The position numbers were made by a program, and so were the translations under genes. The notes below the pieces were generated by a model that saw nothing but the letters and a program-made list of their open reading frames with translations, was not told the origin of the DNA and ran no database searches. A stretch of DNA of 54,767 bases from an uncultured Desulfobacterales bacterium (GTDB taxonomy: Bacteria; Desulfobacterota; Desulfobacteria; Desulfobacterales; C00003060), in contig CAYSBQ010000001.1 in the NCBI GenBank assembly GCA_964429315.1, positions 1-54,767 on the forward strand, given 5' to 3'. Positions 17,510-25,665 of the stretch are shown here, piece after piece. Within the stretch, counting starts at the first letter, position 1; each line of letters opens with the position of its first letter.

Positions 17510-17745
17510 TAGTTGACCTCCGTGATCGATTCGCTTTGACCGATAACTTCTGCGGCGGATTCGGTGAGTTCAACCCAACACGATTTACAAATCCTTGTCT
17601 CCTGAATACCCGTACGAATAACGAGAACATTCGCTCGGGCTGGACAGCACATGCACCATGCGTCTCCAGCCCTTCCCATCTTTACTGATGGTGATGCTTC
17701 TCTCATCTGACACCCCACACAGAAGGGGCGATCTTGGAAAAGCAT
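17509..17745 (-). CDS. Small zinc-finger-like protein (78 aa)
   Basis: CVGC...CMCC...CKSC are three Cys pairs. Confidence 0.55.
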   Translation of the reverse strand: MLFQDRPFCVGCQMREASPSVKMGRAGDAWCMCCPARANVLVIRTGIQETRICKSCWVELTESAAEVIGQSESITEVN

Positions 17746-18365
17746 TTCATCGGAATGTGGGTTCCCGAATACTTCTTGTAGACCAACTCCGCCGACAGCT
17801 TCATGTTGTCCGCGTCAGGCATCTCAAGCTCGAGACTTGGATCGTCCGTCATGAAGAAGTGATGCGTGTAGTACTCCTCGTCGTAAGCCGGCGTCTCAAT
17901 CCCGAGGAGGCGCCCCTCTGCATACGTGTAGACAAGAAAGAAGTACGCACCCATGCGGGTCTGCTGACGCGCATGGACCTCCTCGTGTCGAAGGAATCGA
18001 ACCCAATCAAGATGGTCATCACCCTTTTGGTCGAAGCATTCCTGGGAAATGTAGACGTGACCGGGCAGCGTGATCCCGCACGGATTGTGAGACAAGTCCG
18101 TGACAGCGTTGTATCCGGGCGGACGGCCGATCGTCAGCCTATAGCCAAGCGACTCGAGACGCTTCAGCGTATCCTCCCTCGCCTGCTTTGTCGCTGTGCC
18201 GGGCTCGATAGGCGGCGGCTTATCCTGCTTGTCGTGGGCCATGTCGATGTAAGAGCGGTCGCTCGGCTCGCACGTTTCTTCATTCCAATCCGGCGGCACG
18301 GGAGGGGTCCTGATTCCGCATCCGGATGCGCCGGTGATGCTCAGTAGTATTGCGATCTTTTTCAT
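17703..18365 (-). CDS. Lipoprotein with HExxH zincin motif (putative metallopeptidase)
   Basis: MKKIAILLSITGASGC is a signal peptide with a lipobox Cys. FLRHEEVHARQ carries HExxH. Confidence 0.6.
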   Translation of the reverse strand: MKKIAILLSITGASGCGIRTPPVPPDWNEETCEPSDRSYIDMAHDKQDKPPPIEPGTATKQAREDTLKRLESLGYRLTIGRPPGYNAVTDLSHNPCGITLPGHVYISQECFDQKGDDHLDWVRFLRHEEVHARQQTRMGAYFFLVYTYAEGRLLGIETPAYDEEYYTHHFFMTDDPSLELEMPDADNMKLSAELVYKKYSGTHIPMKCFSKIAPSVWGVR

Positions 18366-18381
18366 TGTGATTCCTTATCTG

Positions 18382-18900
18382 CTAGTAAGTCTCGTATGAC
18401 GGCTTGTTGTCGAACGGCAAAGAATGCGGATCTTCACCTTTGAGTATTGCGCCCACGCAGTTCGAGGCATCTCGGATTGAATACATTCCAGAGCTGACAC
18501 CAAGCATGGAGGCGCATAGGTAAAGAGCATACTTAGGGTTTCCGGAGACTAAGGCCTTTGCCGCATTCCATGCCTCGTTAAAGGCGAGGGCCATGGGCAT
18601 GCTCGCGTGCCTGTAAACTGCGTCATCTGTGTCGGAAAACAATTCGAGTGCGGCGCCTGTATCTTGTGGATGGAGAAGAGGAAAGCTTCGCCTCACCTCC
18701 GGTATCGTCCAACTAAATGGCAGCCACCTTCGAACGCTTAGGTCCACAATTGTCTCCGTGTGATCTTCGGTCACCGCATCCAATAGTCCTACATTTATGA
18801 GGGCCTTCAGACTGTGTGGGAGGCTTCCGGACCTAGTGTGCGAGCCCCCTGGATAATGCCTAGACATAAACATCACAAAGTCCGAAAGCGCACTATCCAT
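18382..18900 (-). CDS. Hypothetical protein (172 aa)
   Basis: Clean ORF with a 1-nt overlap to the upstream gene. No family recognised. Confidence 0.6.
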   Translation of the reverse strand: MDSALSDFVMFMSRHYPGGSHTRSGSLPHSLKALINVGLLDAVTEDHTETIVDLSVRRWLPFSWTIPEVRRSFPLLHPQDTGAALELFSDTDDAVYRHASMPMALAFNEAWNAAKALVSGNPKYALYLCASMLGVSSGMYSIRDASNCVGAILKGEDPHSLPFDNKPSYETY

Positions 18901-19136
18901 CAGTCGTCCCTCCCAAAGCCCTCAACCTCAAAGTAGTGAAAGAGGAGTTGGTCAACCTCATCCAAATAAGCATCGGAGATCCACCACTGCTTCTTATCCT
19001 TATCCCACCTCCTCTCATCCTCCGGCACGGCCGACTTCATGTCGACAAGGAAGTCCTTGTTGCTTTCGTGATACGGAAGTTCGAGAAACATTCCCCACTT
19101 TGCCGTTTGCCATTCTGGTCTATGATTCGATGCCAT
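18900..19136 (-). CDS. Hypothetical protein (78 aa)
   Basis: Trp-rich small ORF (RPEWQTAKWGMF...KKQWWISDAY), co-directional. Confidence 0.55.
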   Translation of the reverse strand: MASNHRPEWQTAKWGMFLELPYHESNKDFLVDMKSAVPEDERRWDKDKKQWWISDAYLDEVDQLLFHYFEVEGFGRDD

Positions 19137-19338
19137 ACTGTTTCATCTTTCTGTACATGGTCGACTTGCCTATCCCGAGTTCCACCGCCGCAGCGCGACC
19201 TCCCATTTTTTTGTCCAGGGCTTTTCTGATAAGTATTTCGTGAGACATTGAATCGAACTCTAATATACTCGTGATGTCATGCTTTTCAATAAGCCTCTTG
19301 ATAGCCGCGTAGAGAATTTCAGACGGCGACTCGGCCAC
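19120..19338 (-). CDS. Fis-type (HTH_8) DNA-binding protein
   Basis: The C-terminus GGRAAAVELGIGKSTMYRKMKQYGI matches the Fis/NtrC-type HTH consensus (N..AA..LGI.R.TLYRKLK.YGI). Confidence 0.7.
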   Translation of the reverse strand: MAESPSEILYAAIKRLIEKHDITSILEFDSMSHEILIRKALDKKMGGRAAAVELGIGKSTMYRKMKQYGIES

Positions 19339-21116
19339 TATTTAGGAACCTCCTCCATAACTTCCTCGAGGCATTGGTATAGTATTCGGTAGTCATCAAT
19401 CAGCATGTTCTGCCCTCTATTCAGGACTACGCCGGTAAGCTCCTTGTAAGCCTCCTTGGGTGACACACGTCGCTTCAAAACTGTCTCACAGTACTTCTTT
19501 AGAAGAGGCGTGGCGAGTTGCCGCAGCTTTGCGACGTCTTCAATGTTGTCGATATCGACTTCCTCATTATCGCCGGGCGCTTTCGCCTCCGGGGGCGCCG
19601 CGGTAGTTTCGACCACCTCACCTCCAACGCTCGGGTCGTGATCAACCTTTACCTCCTCAGGGACCCTCTCCTTATCTGGGGAATCTTTCTTTTCGTTTTC
19701 CACTGGCGGCTCAGGCTCTTTCTCTTCACGCTTTTTACGACGGTCTTCCTTGCCCCAGCGATTCAGCCGAACTTCAAACCCAGAATCGAGCAGTAGTCGG
19801 ATAGCGAATTTATCCTTCTTCGATCCAGCCACCTTCATGACCTTTTCCCCATCGAAGTATGAGTCTCCCTCTTTCCATTTTTTGCCACCCTCGCTTTCGT
19901 CAGACCTGTCTCTCCGGTCTACCTCGAGCCCATCATCGCTTACCGTGACACGCTGACCGCTATCGAGGGCAAGGACGGTTCTCCCGTACTTTTTGGCAAC
20001 AAGGATGATTCTTTCCTCCTTGTTGTACTTATCAAAGACTTTGAATCCGCCACGGGGAATTCCTACGTACTCACCCTTTGACCCCGCCGGCTCGCTCTCT
20101 TCATTATAGATACTCTGACTGGTTTGTCTTGGGCTTTCGAGCCCTGTCTCTTCTGAGCTTACTTCTCTGCCTCTGCTTTTCTCTAGCTGTTGCGGCGGTT
20201 CAACTGGTGGCTCAGGGACGATGACGGTGTACTCTTGTCCATCCTCACAAGACTGAAAAGCTCTACGCAGAGCCTGGCGCTCAGCCGCGACGGCCAGTTG
20301 ATTGTTAGGCTTCTCTGCCCAAACATGATTAGGCACCTTTTTTCCAGTTGTACGATTGTCTTTCCACTCATTGACGAGCTGTACAAATTCCCCGTATCTA
20401 GCCTCCCCAACGAATGCTGACCTTTGTCCACCTGGGCCATATCGATAGACAGTGACACTCGCAATCATCTCGTCCGCGTCGTTGATCTTCTCGATTCGAA
20501 ACACAGGTGCGTCTACCCCAGCGTAGAGGCCAGTCCTGGCTGCGACGGCACGGTATCCGTCAATCGTCTTGTCCCAGGTGATTCGATTCACATCGATCTT
20601 TTGCTTGTTGCCGCGCTCGTCTGTAATCGTCTTTTTGTATTTTCGGGAGTTCGGCCATAGCTGATTGTGAAAAATTGACAGACCAGTTTCCTCTTGCTCG
20701 ATGATACACATCGACACTTGGTCTTCTGTCAGCTCGAGGTCCCAATCATTTCTACATTTGAGACGAATCTTCTCTCTGGTATCTTCGTCGTGAATCGCGC
20801 TTTTTGGAGGCATTGGTTTTCTCTCTTCGTTTCCGGAGGCCCCGGATACTACAAACTCTCTAGGGTTCGTCATGTGCTTGAGCAACCCTTTACTTTTATC
20901 CGTGTCGTACCAACTGTACGACATTGTCACTACGCCATCGTTCGACATGACGGTGTAGCGCTTGGAGGTTTCACCTTTATTTATCTCGTGGCTAGTTACC
21001 TCGAGTATGAAGTCACCGAACGGATAAGCTCCGACCGGTGGGTCTTCATCAAATTTCCAGGCAGCTCGAGCTTCATCGATCTTCTTGAGAATTAGATCTA
21101 CCGACGTTGGCTGCAT
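19338..21116 (-). CDS. RecT/Redbeta-family single-strand annealing protein with a long charged C-terminal extension
   Basis: IDGYRAVAARTGLYAGVD...VTVYRYG...AFVGEARYGEF...VWAEKPNNQLAVAAERQALRRAF matches the RecT/Bet core, including the terminal A-E-x-x-A-L-R-x-A-F helix. About 280 extra residues, Glu/Lys-rich, follow. Confidence 0.65.
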   Translation of the reverse strand: MQPTSVDLILKKIDEARAAWKFDEDPPVGAYPFGDFILEVTSHEINKGETSKRYTVMSNDGVVTMSYSWYDTDKSKGLLKHMTNPREFVVSGASGNEERKPMPPKSAIHDEDTREKIRLKCRNDWDLELTEDQVSMCIIEQEETGLSIFHNQLWPNSRKYKKTITDERGNKQKIDVNRITWDKTIDGYRAVAARTGLYAGVDAPVFRIEKINDADEMIASVTVYRYGPGGQRSAFVGEARYGEFVQLVNEWKDNRTTGKKVPNHVWAEKPNNQLAVAAERQALRRAFQSCEDGQEYTVIVPEPPVEPPQQLEKSRGREVSSEETGLESPRQTSQSIYNEESEPAGSKGEYVGIPRGGFKVFDKYNKEERIILVAKKYGRTVLALDSGQRVTVSDDGLEVDRRDRSDESEGGKKWKEGDSYFDGEKVMKVAGSKKDKFAIRLLLDSGFEVRLNRWGKEDRRKKREEKEPEPPVENEKKDSPDKERVPEEVKVDHDPSVGGEVVETTAAPPEAKAPGDNEEVDIDNIEDVAKLRQLATPLLKKYCETVLKRRVSPKEAYKELTGVVLNRGQNMLIDDYRILYQCLEEVMEEVPK

Positions 21117-23367
21117 GTCCGGAGTCCCCTCTGTTTTCTTTCACCTGGGCCAAGAACTTATCAGCCTCTTCGTAGGTGCGCTTGGCAGTGTCGATCTCAT
21201 TGATGATGCCAACATTGTCGAGCGCCATGTCAAGGGCGTGCTTGAGTGATGCTGCTGAAACGGTGAAGACCTTGGATAGTCTCTTTAGAAAATCCTCTCT
21301 CTTTGTAGTCTTGACTGTTCCGCCATAGGCGTACTTCTTCTTTTCCTTGTCGGCATCATGCTGTTCGACTGCCTGGTTTTTCTGGTTCTGGTTCTTGATG
21401 ACGTCAAGCATCCGGTCGGCGTCGTCTGGGTTCTCTTCGATGAATCGGGAGATCTCCCTTCGCCATACGTTCTCGCATATCTTGCGAACGACGTCGCCCG
21501 TAGCGCCTTCGAGTCGCTTGGCGGCTGCATTCCATATCTCTTCCGTGTAGTCATCCGATAGCGGAAGGACGGACATGAATTGTTTTAGCAGATGCACCCT
21601 CTGCTCTTGGTCTAGTTTTCCGACAATCGATACGAGGGAGAATCGACGGATCATCGGCATTGGGATTCGGTCGGGGCTATTAGTCGTGCCCCAAACTGAA
21701 ACGCCAGGGTACTCGACCACGCCATCCATGATCATCTGGAACTCGAGGGATAGATTCATCTTCCCTGTTGACCAGTCGTTGTTGAGCACCGAATCGATTT
21801 CGTCGATGAGAATGTGTACGTGACGTCCGGATTCCTTGTGCAGCTTGATGGCTGCTTCGAACAATCGCTTAGGGTTCTTTTGGGCCTCGCCCATCCATGC
21901 TGTCAGGAAGTCTGAGCCCTGCGCAAAGATAGCGATGCTGTCCTCTTCGTTTGCGACAGCTCTCATGCACTCAGTTTTACCGCAACCCTGAGGGCCAATG
22001 AGGAGTACGTTGTTGCGATCTACAGACTTACGAGGCGAAGTCATAAGGTAGAGCGGTGACCACTTCTTCAGCGCTTTGATGTGGTCTACGAACTTCTTCA
22101 CATCCTCGAACCCGCTGCCCACGATTCTATCGAAGCTCGCGTATGGCTTCTTTCCTGGCACGACCTCGAGGTGCCCACTGCCCTGACCGAGCATGGGGTT
22201 ACCCTGAGAGATTCGGCACTGATAGAAGCTGTTGTCGACCAGGTAGTGATTCTGAAGCTCCTTGCACTTCTCCCAGACGTAATCCGCAATCTCGCCGGGT
22301 TGGGACTTCTCGTCTTTAAGCATGGAGCAGATTTCTCCAATGACCTCGTTTTTGAATTCGAGGTCGTGGATCTCCTGCTCAGTCATCGGTGACCCCAGAT
22401 CGCGGTACTTCACCCGGTTTGGATCCATATCCTCAAGTCCCCTCAAATTAGATTCGAACTTAGACCCTGAATCAAGCTTGATGCGACGATGCTTTAGAGC
22501 TGCAAAGTCTCCCATTTCATCTGAGTAAAGCTCCTCGAGAACCTTTGAGAACTTAGTTAGATCACGAAGGCGCGATCGGATGTGATATGAGAATGAAGAG
22601 CTGTCGCTAATTAGAATGTCTTTAAAATCAGGATTCTTGATCCACTCAATAAGCTCAATCGCCTTGCGACGAGAATACGCCGAGATTTCCGTACGGCTCG
22701 ATTCTTTTGAGACCTCGCCGTGATGTCGAATGTTCTCGAAGATCGTCAGCGCGAAGTCCGTGAGGATAGGGGTGTGCCAAACCTTCAGACCCATCTTACC
22801 GTGTCGGTCGGTTAGATTTACGAAGTACTTCTCCATAATTCGCAACATCTGAGCGGATAGATCGGTGACCGAATGCCTAAAGGCTGGCAAGTCCTCGAGC
22901 CCCTTAGTGAATTTAGCAACAGACGGTCCGTTCACCTGCTGCTCGAGCGATATATCTGCAAGTCGTTCTCTTTTCGTCAGGTTCTCTTCGCCATCCTCAT
23001 CGATATCCTCTAGATCTGGTATGTCAAACTGATTTGCGATTTGAACAAGGATCTGCCAGGCGCCGAGTATTCCGTGTGCGAAGTTCGCATGCATGTGGAC
23101 GAAGCTCGAGCTACCTCCGAAAGCGTGCTCTACATTGCGTGAGTCCCTCTCGTATTCGTCCATGTCCTGAAGCTCTCGAGAGAACCTCATGGTATCTCGA
23201 GCAGCCTCTCGAATAGATTGAATCCCACTCGATGTCGCCCTGTGTATATCTTCGGCTTCGTACAGCTTCTCTAATATTCTGCCCTGAGATTTTTCAAGCT
23301 TATCTTTATTTTTAGCCCCCTTAGAAACGATCTTCTTGATCTGTCTGTAGTTATGGATACTAATCAT
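21073..23367 (-). CDS. AAA+ ATPase (classic AAA clade) with a ~450-aa N-terminal region of unknown function
   Basis: LLIGPQGCGKTE (Walker A), HILIDEIDS (Walker B) and WGTTNSPDRIPMPMIRRF (second region of homology with Arg fingers). Confidence 0.85.
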   Translation of the reverse strand: MISIHNYRQIKKIVSKGAKNKDKLEKSQGRILEKLYEAEDIHRATSSGIQSIREAARDTMRFSRELQDMDEYERDSRNVEHAFGGSSSFVHMHANFAHGILGAWQILVQIANQFDIPDLEDIDEDGEENLTKRERLADISLEQQVNGPSVAKFTKGLEDLPAFRHSVTDLSAQMLRIMEKYFVNLTDRHGKMGLKVWHTPILTDFALTIFENIRHHGEVSKESSRTEISAYSRRKAIELIEWIKNPDFKDILISDSSSFSYHIRSRLRDLTKFSKVLEELYSDEMGDFAALKHRRIKLDSGSKFESNLRGLEDMDPNRVKYRDLGSPMTEQEIHDLEFKNEVIGEICSMLKDEKSQPGEIADYVWEKCKELQNHYLVDNSFYQCRISQGNPMLGQGSGHLEVVPGKKPYASFDRIVGSGFEDVKKFVDHIKALKKWSPLYLMTSPRKSVDRNNVLLIGPQGCGKTECMRAVANEEDSIAIFAQGSDFLTAWMGEAQKNPKRLFEAAIKLHKESGRHVHILIDEIDSVLNNDWSTGKMNLSLEFQMIMDGVVEYPGVSVWGTTNSPDRIPMPMIRRFSLVSIVGKLDQEQRVHLLKQFMSVLPLSDDYTEEIWNAAAKRLEGATGDVVRKICENVWRREISRFIEENPDDADRMLDVIKNQNQKNQAVEQHDADKEKKKYAYGGTVKTTKREDFLKRLSKVFTVSAASLKHALDMALDNVGIINEIDTAKRTYEEADKFLAQVKENRGDSGHAANVGRSNSQEDR

Positions 23368-23369
23368 TT

Positions 23370-23849
23370 CTATTCATCCTCATCAGACTCATCGTCGGAG
23401 TCGTCGTCGGATTCGTCAGACTCGTCGTCCCAATCCTCGTCATCTTCATCTTCATCTTCGTCTTCGTCGAGATCGTCACCTTCTTCTTCGCCTTCCCCTT
23501 CTTCATCATCCCCCTCCTCATCGTCATCTTCATCTTCGCCATTCTCAGACTCTTCATCTGTTGCCTCTTTCGTGATGAGCGCATGCGCTGCAGCCTCTTC
23601 CGAATCGAAGTACCCCAAGAACGGTCCGAACCCTTCTTCGTGATCGACATTGGTAACCTCTGTGATTACGTCGCCTTCAACGAATTGGCCCACAACTTCG
23701 TCGGCGTCGTCAGGATTTAACCTTTCAATTAGAGACCAGCAAACGATACGCTCGACTCTTCTTTGAATATCGTTTTCCTTGTCAGGAAGAAAAGCAGCAA
23801 AGTAATCTCGGCTTGTGGGGATAATGGTCTTGATTTTGGGAGGTTTCAT
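23370..23849 (-). CDS. Poly-acidic protein (159 aa)
   Basis: The C-terminal ~75 aa are almost pure Asp/Glu (EESENGEDEDDDEEGDDEEGEGEEEGDDLDEDEDEDEDDEDWDDESDESDDDSDDESDEDE). First gene of the minus-strand block after the divergent intergenic region. Confidence 0.7.
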   Translation of the reverse strand: MKPPKIKTIIPTSRDYFAAFLPDKENDIQRRVERIVCWSLIERLNPDDADEVVGQFVEGDVITEVTNVDHEEGFGPFLGYFDSEEAAAHALITKEATDEESENGEDEDDDEEGDDEEGEGEEEGDDLDEDEDEDEDDEDWDDESDESDDDSDDESDEDE

Positions 23850-24065
23850 TGCTCAGGGTCAGCGCCCGTCTGGCGACTGTCCATCCGCGCGGGAGTGTAG
23901 GTACGCTGCAGTTGCACGTCAACTTCTCATTATGAGGAAATAGATGACGTCTATCACCCCTTCCTCACCCTGCGTAGATCGCGCTTGTTGTCAGCAGGGT
24001 GCCCGCTTGTTAGTCTGCTCGTCCGGCCTTTCCCTTCGACCTCCAACCTCCCTCACGCCCATGAA
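23850..24065. promoter_or_regulatory. Divergent intergenic region between the minus-strand early block and the helicase gene
   Basis: 216 nt are non-coding once the helicase is started at the ATG 24066. Contains the small palindrome CTCAT-t-ATGAG (about 23925-23935). No confident -35/-10 pair identified. Confidence 0.35.
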
Positions 24066-25622
24066 ATGAAGCTACGCCCATATCAGGAGGACGCGATCCA
24101 ACGCGTCCGGGAAGAGATGCTTGCGGGACGCAGGCGTGTCCTTCTCGTCATCGCCACAGGTGGAGGAAAGACCGTTACCTCGAGCAGCATCATTAAGGGT
24201 GCTGTTGCGAAGGGTAAGCGATGTATCTTTCTTGCCCATAGAAGCGAGTTGATCCAGCAGTGCAGTAAGACACTCTCGTTTCTCGGGGTAGATCATGGAG
24301 TGATTAGACGGGGCCATCCTAAGCTAGACTTGAAGAAGCCCGTTCAGGTCGCGTCGATCCAAACGCTCATCAAGAGGGATCACTGGCCTGCAGATCTAGT
24401 CGTCATTGACGAAGCCCACCGTAGTATGGCGGCGACGTACCAGGAACTAGTGTCCCGGTACGAGCAAAACAACGCTGCAATTCTCGGGCTGACTGCTACG
24501 CCTTATAGGCTCGACGGTAAGCCTCTTGGTGAGATTTACAACTCTCTGGTTGAGACTGTAACAACACAGGAGCTTATTGATGATGGGTATTTGGTCAGCC
24601 CCACAGTCTTCGGCTCGTCCGATGTAGACCTGTCCAAAGTAGATGTTGGATCGCGCGGTGATTACAAGAAGAGCCAGCTCGGGGCGGCCATGGCGTCCAC
24701 CATCATCCATGGTGAGTTGCTCACGAACTGGGCAAGGCTTTGCGGAAATGCCCTTGGCTCCGAAACCGTTTGGTATAAAGACTCCGAGGGACGTGATCGG
24801 GTATCAGAAACAAACTGCGATGCATGCACTGTAATCTTCGCCCCGAACGTGAAGAAGTCTATCGAGATAGCTGAACAGTTTCAGCAGGCCGGCGTAAAGG
24901 CAGCTCACATTGATGGGACGACCAAGACTCGTGAGAGAAGGAGAATCTTAGAGGGCTTGGCCGAGGGTAAGATTCACGTTGTATCTAACGTCGATTTGGT
25001 TACTGAAGGATGGGATTTGCCAAGACTCGAATGCGTGATCGGTGCAAGGCCTACCCGCTCTAAGAATATCTACAAGCAAATGGGTGGTCGTCTCATGCGT
25101 CCTGATGATGAGAAGAGAATCGCCTTCCTTTTGGACCACGCGAACTGGACTCGCACACATGGGTTCCTTTATGAGCCCACAAATCACTCTCTCAATAAAC
25201 CTGAGAAGAGACCGCGGCGTGGATCTGACGGCGCCCCCTTGAAGGAGTGCCCTCAGTGCGAGACTGTCAGCTTCATCGGCGCTACCAAGTGCCATGAGTG
25301 TGGATACATCTGGCCAAAGGGCTCGATAGAGACTACAGATGATGAACTCGTCGAACTCGACAGTCAGATGGTCAACAGGGACGAGGTTGTCCCCCGGGAT
25401 GAGCGCCAGAGCGCTTTCGAAAAACTTGCTACGAAATGCGTGGCCATGGAGCGTAAGCCGAACTGGGCCCGCGTCATGTACAAGAACGCTTACGGAAAAT
25501 GGCCAGGCCCTGGCTGTGGTATTTCCACTCCTTATTTTTTCAAAAAGTACGAGCGTGATTTCAAGAAGAAACTTGAACAACAGATGCTCGCCCAGGCAGC
25601 CGCTGACGCCGTCGCTACCTGA
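24066..25622 (+). CDS. Superfamily 2 DEAD/DEAH-box DNA helicase with a C-terminal zinc ribbon
   Basis: LRPYQEDAI, IATGGGKT (motif I), VVIDEAHR (motif II), LGLTATPYR (motif III), GWDLP and QMGGRLMR (motif VI), then CPQC...CHEC. The track start 23985 is a TTG, so it is trimmed to ATG 24066 (MKLRPYQ). Confidence 0.85.
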   Translation: MKLRPYQEDAIQRVREEMLAGRRRVLLVIATGGGKTVTSSSIIKGAVAKGKRCIFLAHRSELIQQCSKTLSFLGVDHGVIRRGHPKLDLKKPVQVASIQTLIKRDHWPADLVVIDEAHRSMAATYQELVSRYEQNNAAILGLTATPYRLDGKPLGEIYNSLVETVTTQELIDDGYLVSPTVFGSSDVDLSKVDVGSRGDYKKSQLGAAMASTIIHGELLTNWARLCGNALGSETVWYKDSEGRDRVSETNCDACTVIFAPNVKKSIEIAEQFQQAGVKAAHIDGTTKTRERRRILEGLAEGKIHVVSNVDLVTEGWDLPRLECVIGARPTRSKNIYKQMGGRLMRPDDEKRIAFLLDHANWTRTHGFLYEPTNHSLNKPEKRPRRGSDGAPLKECPQCETVSFIGATKCHECGYIWPKGSIETTDDELVELDSQMVNRDEVVPRDERQSAFEKLATKCVAMERKPNWARVMYKNAYGKWPGPGCGISTPYFFKKYERDFKKKLEQQMLAQAAADAVAT

Positions 25623-25665
25623 CCTCAACAATACGTTCGATTTCTGATCAAGCTCTAGGCTTGGT

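Noticed and set aside
17658-18347. 229-aa plus-strand ORF
   Set aside because: It is antisense to the lipoprotein gene, which has a signal peptide, a lipobox and HExxH. The product is Arg/Leu/Val-rich shadow composition.
23353-23650. Poly-Ser ORF (23353..23643, +) and Lys/Met-rich ORF (23360..23650, -)
   Set aside because: These are alternative-frame or antisense readings of the GAn/GAC repeat DNA that encodes the poly-acidic C-terminus of 23370..23849. Only that frame continues into an ordinary N-terminal domain.
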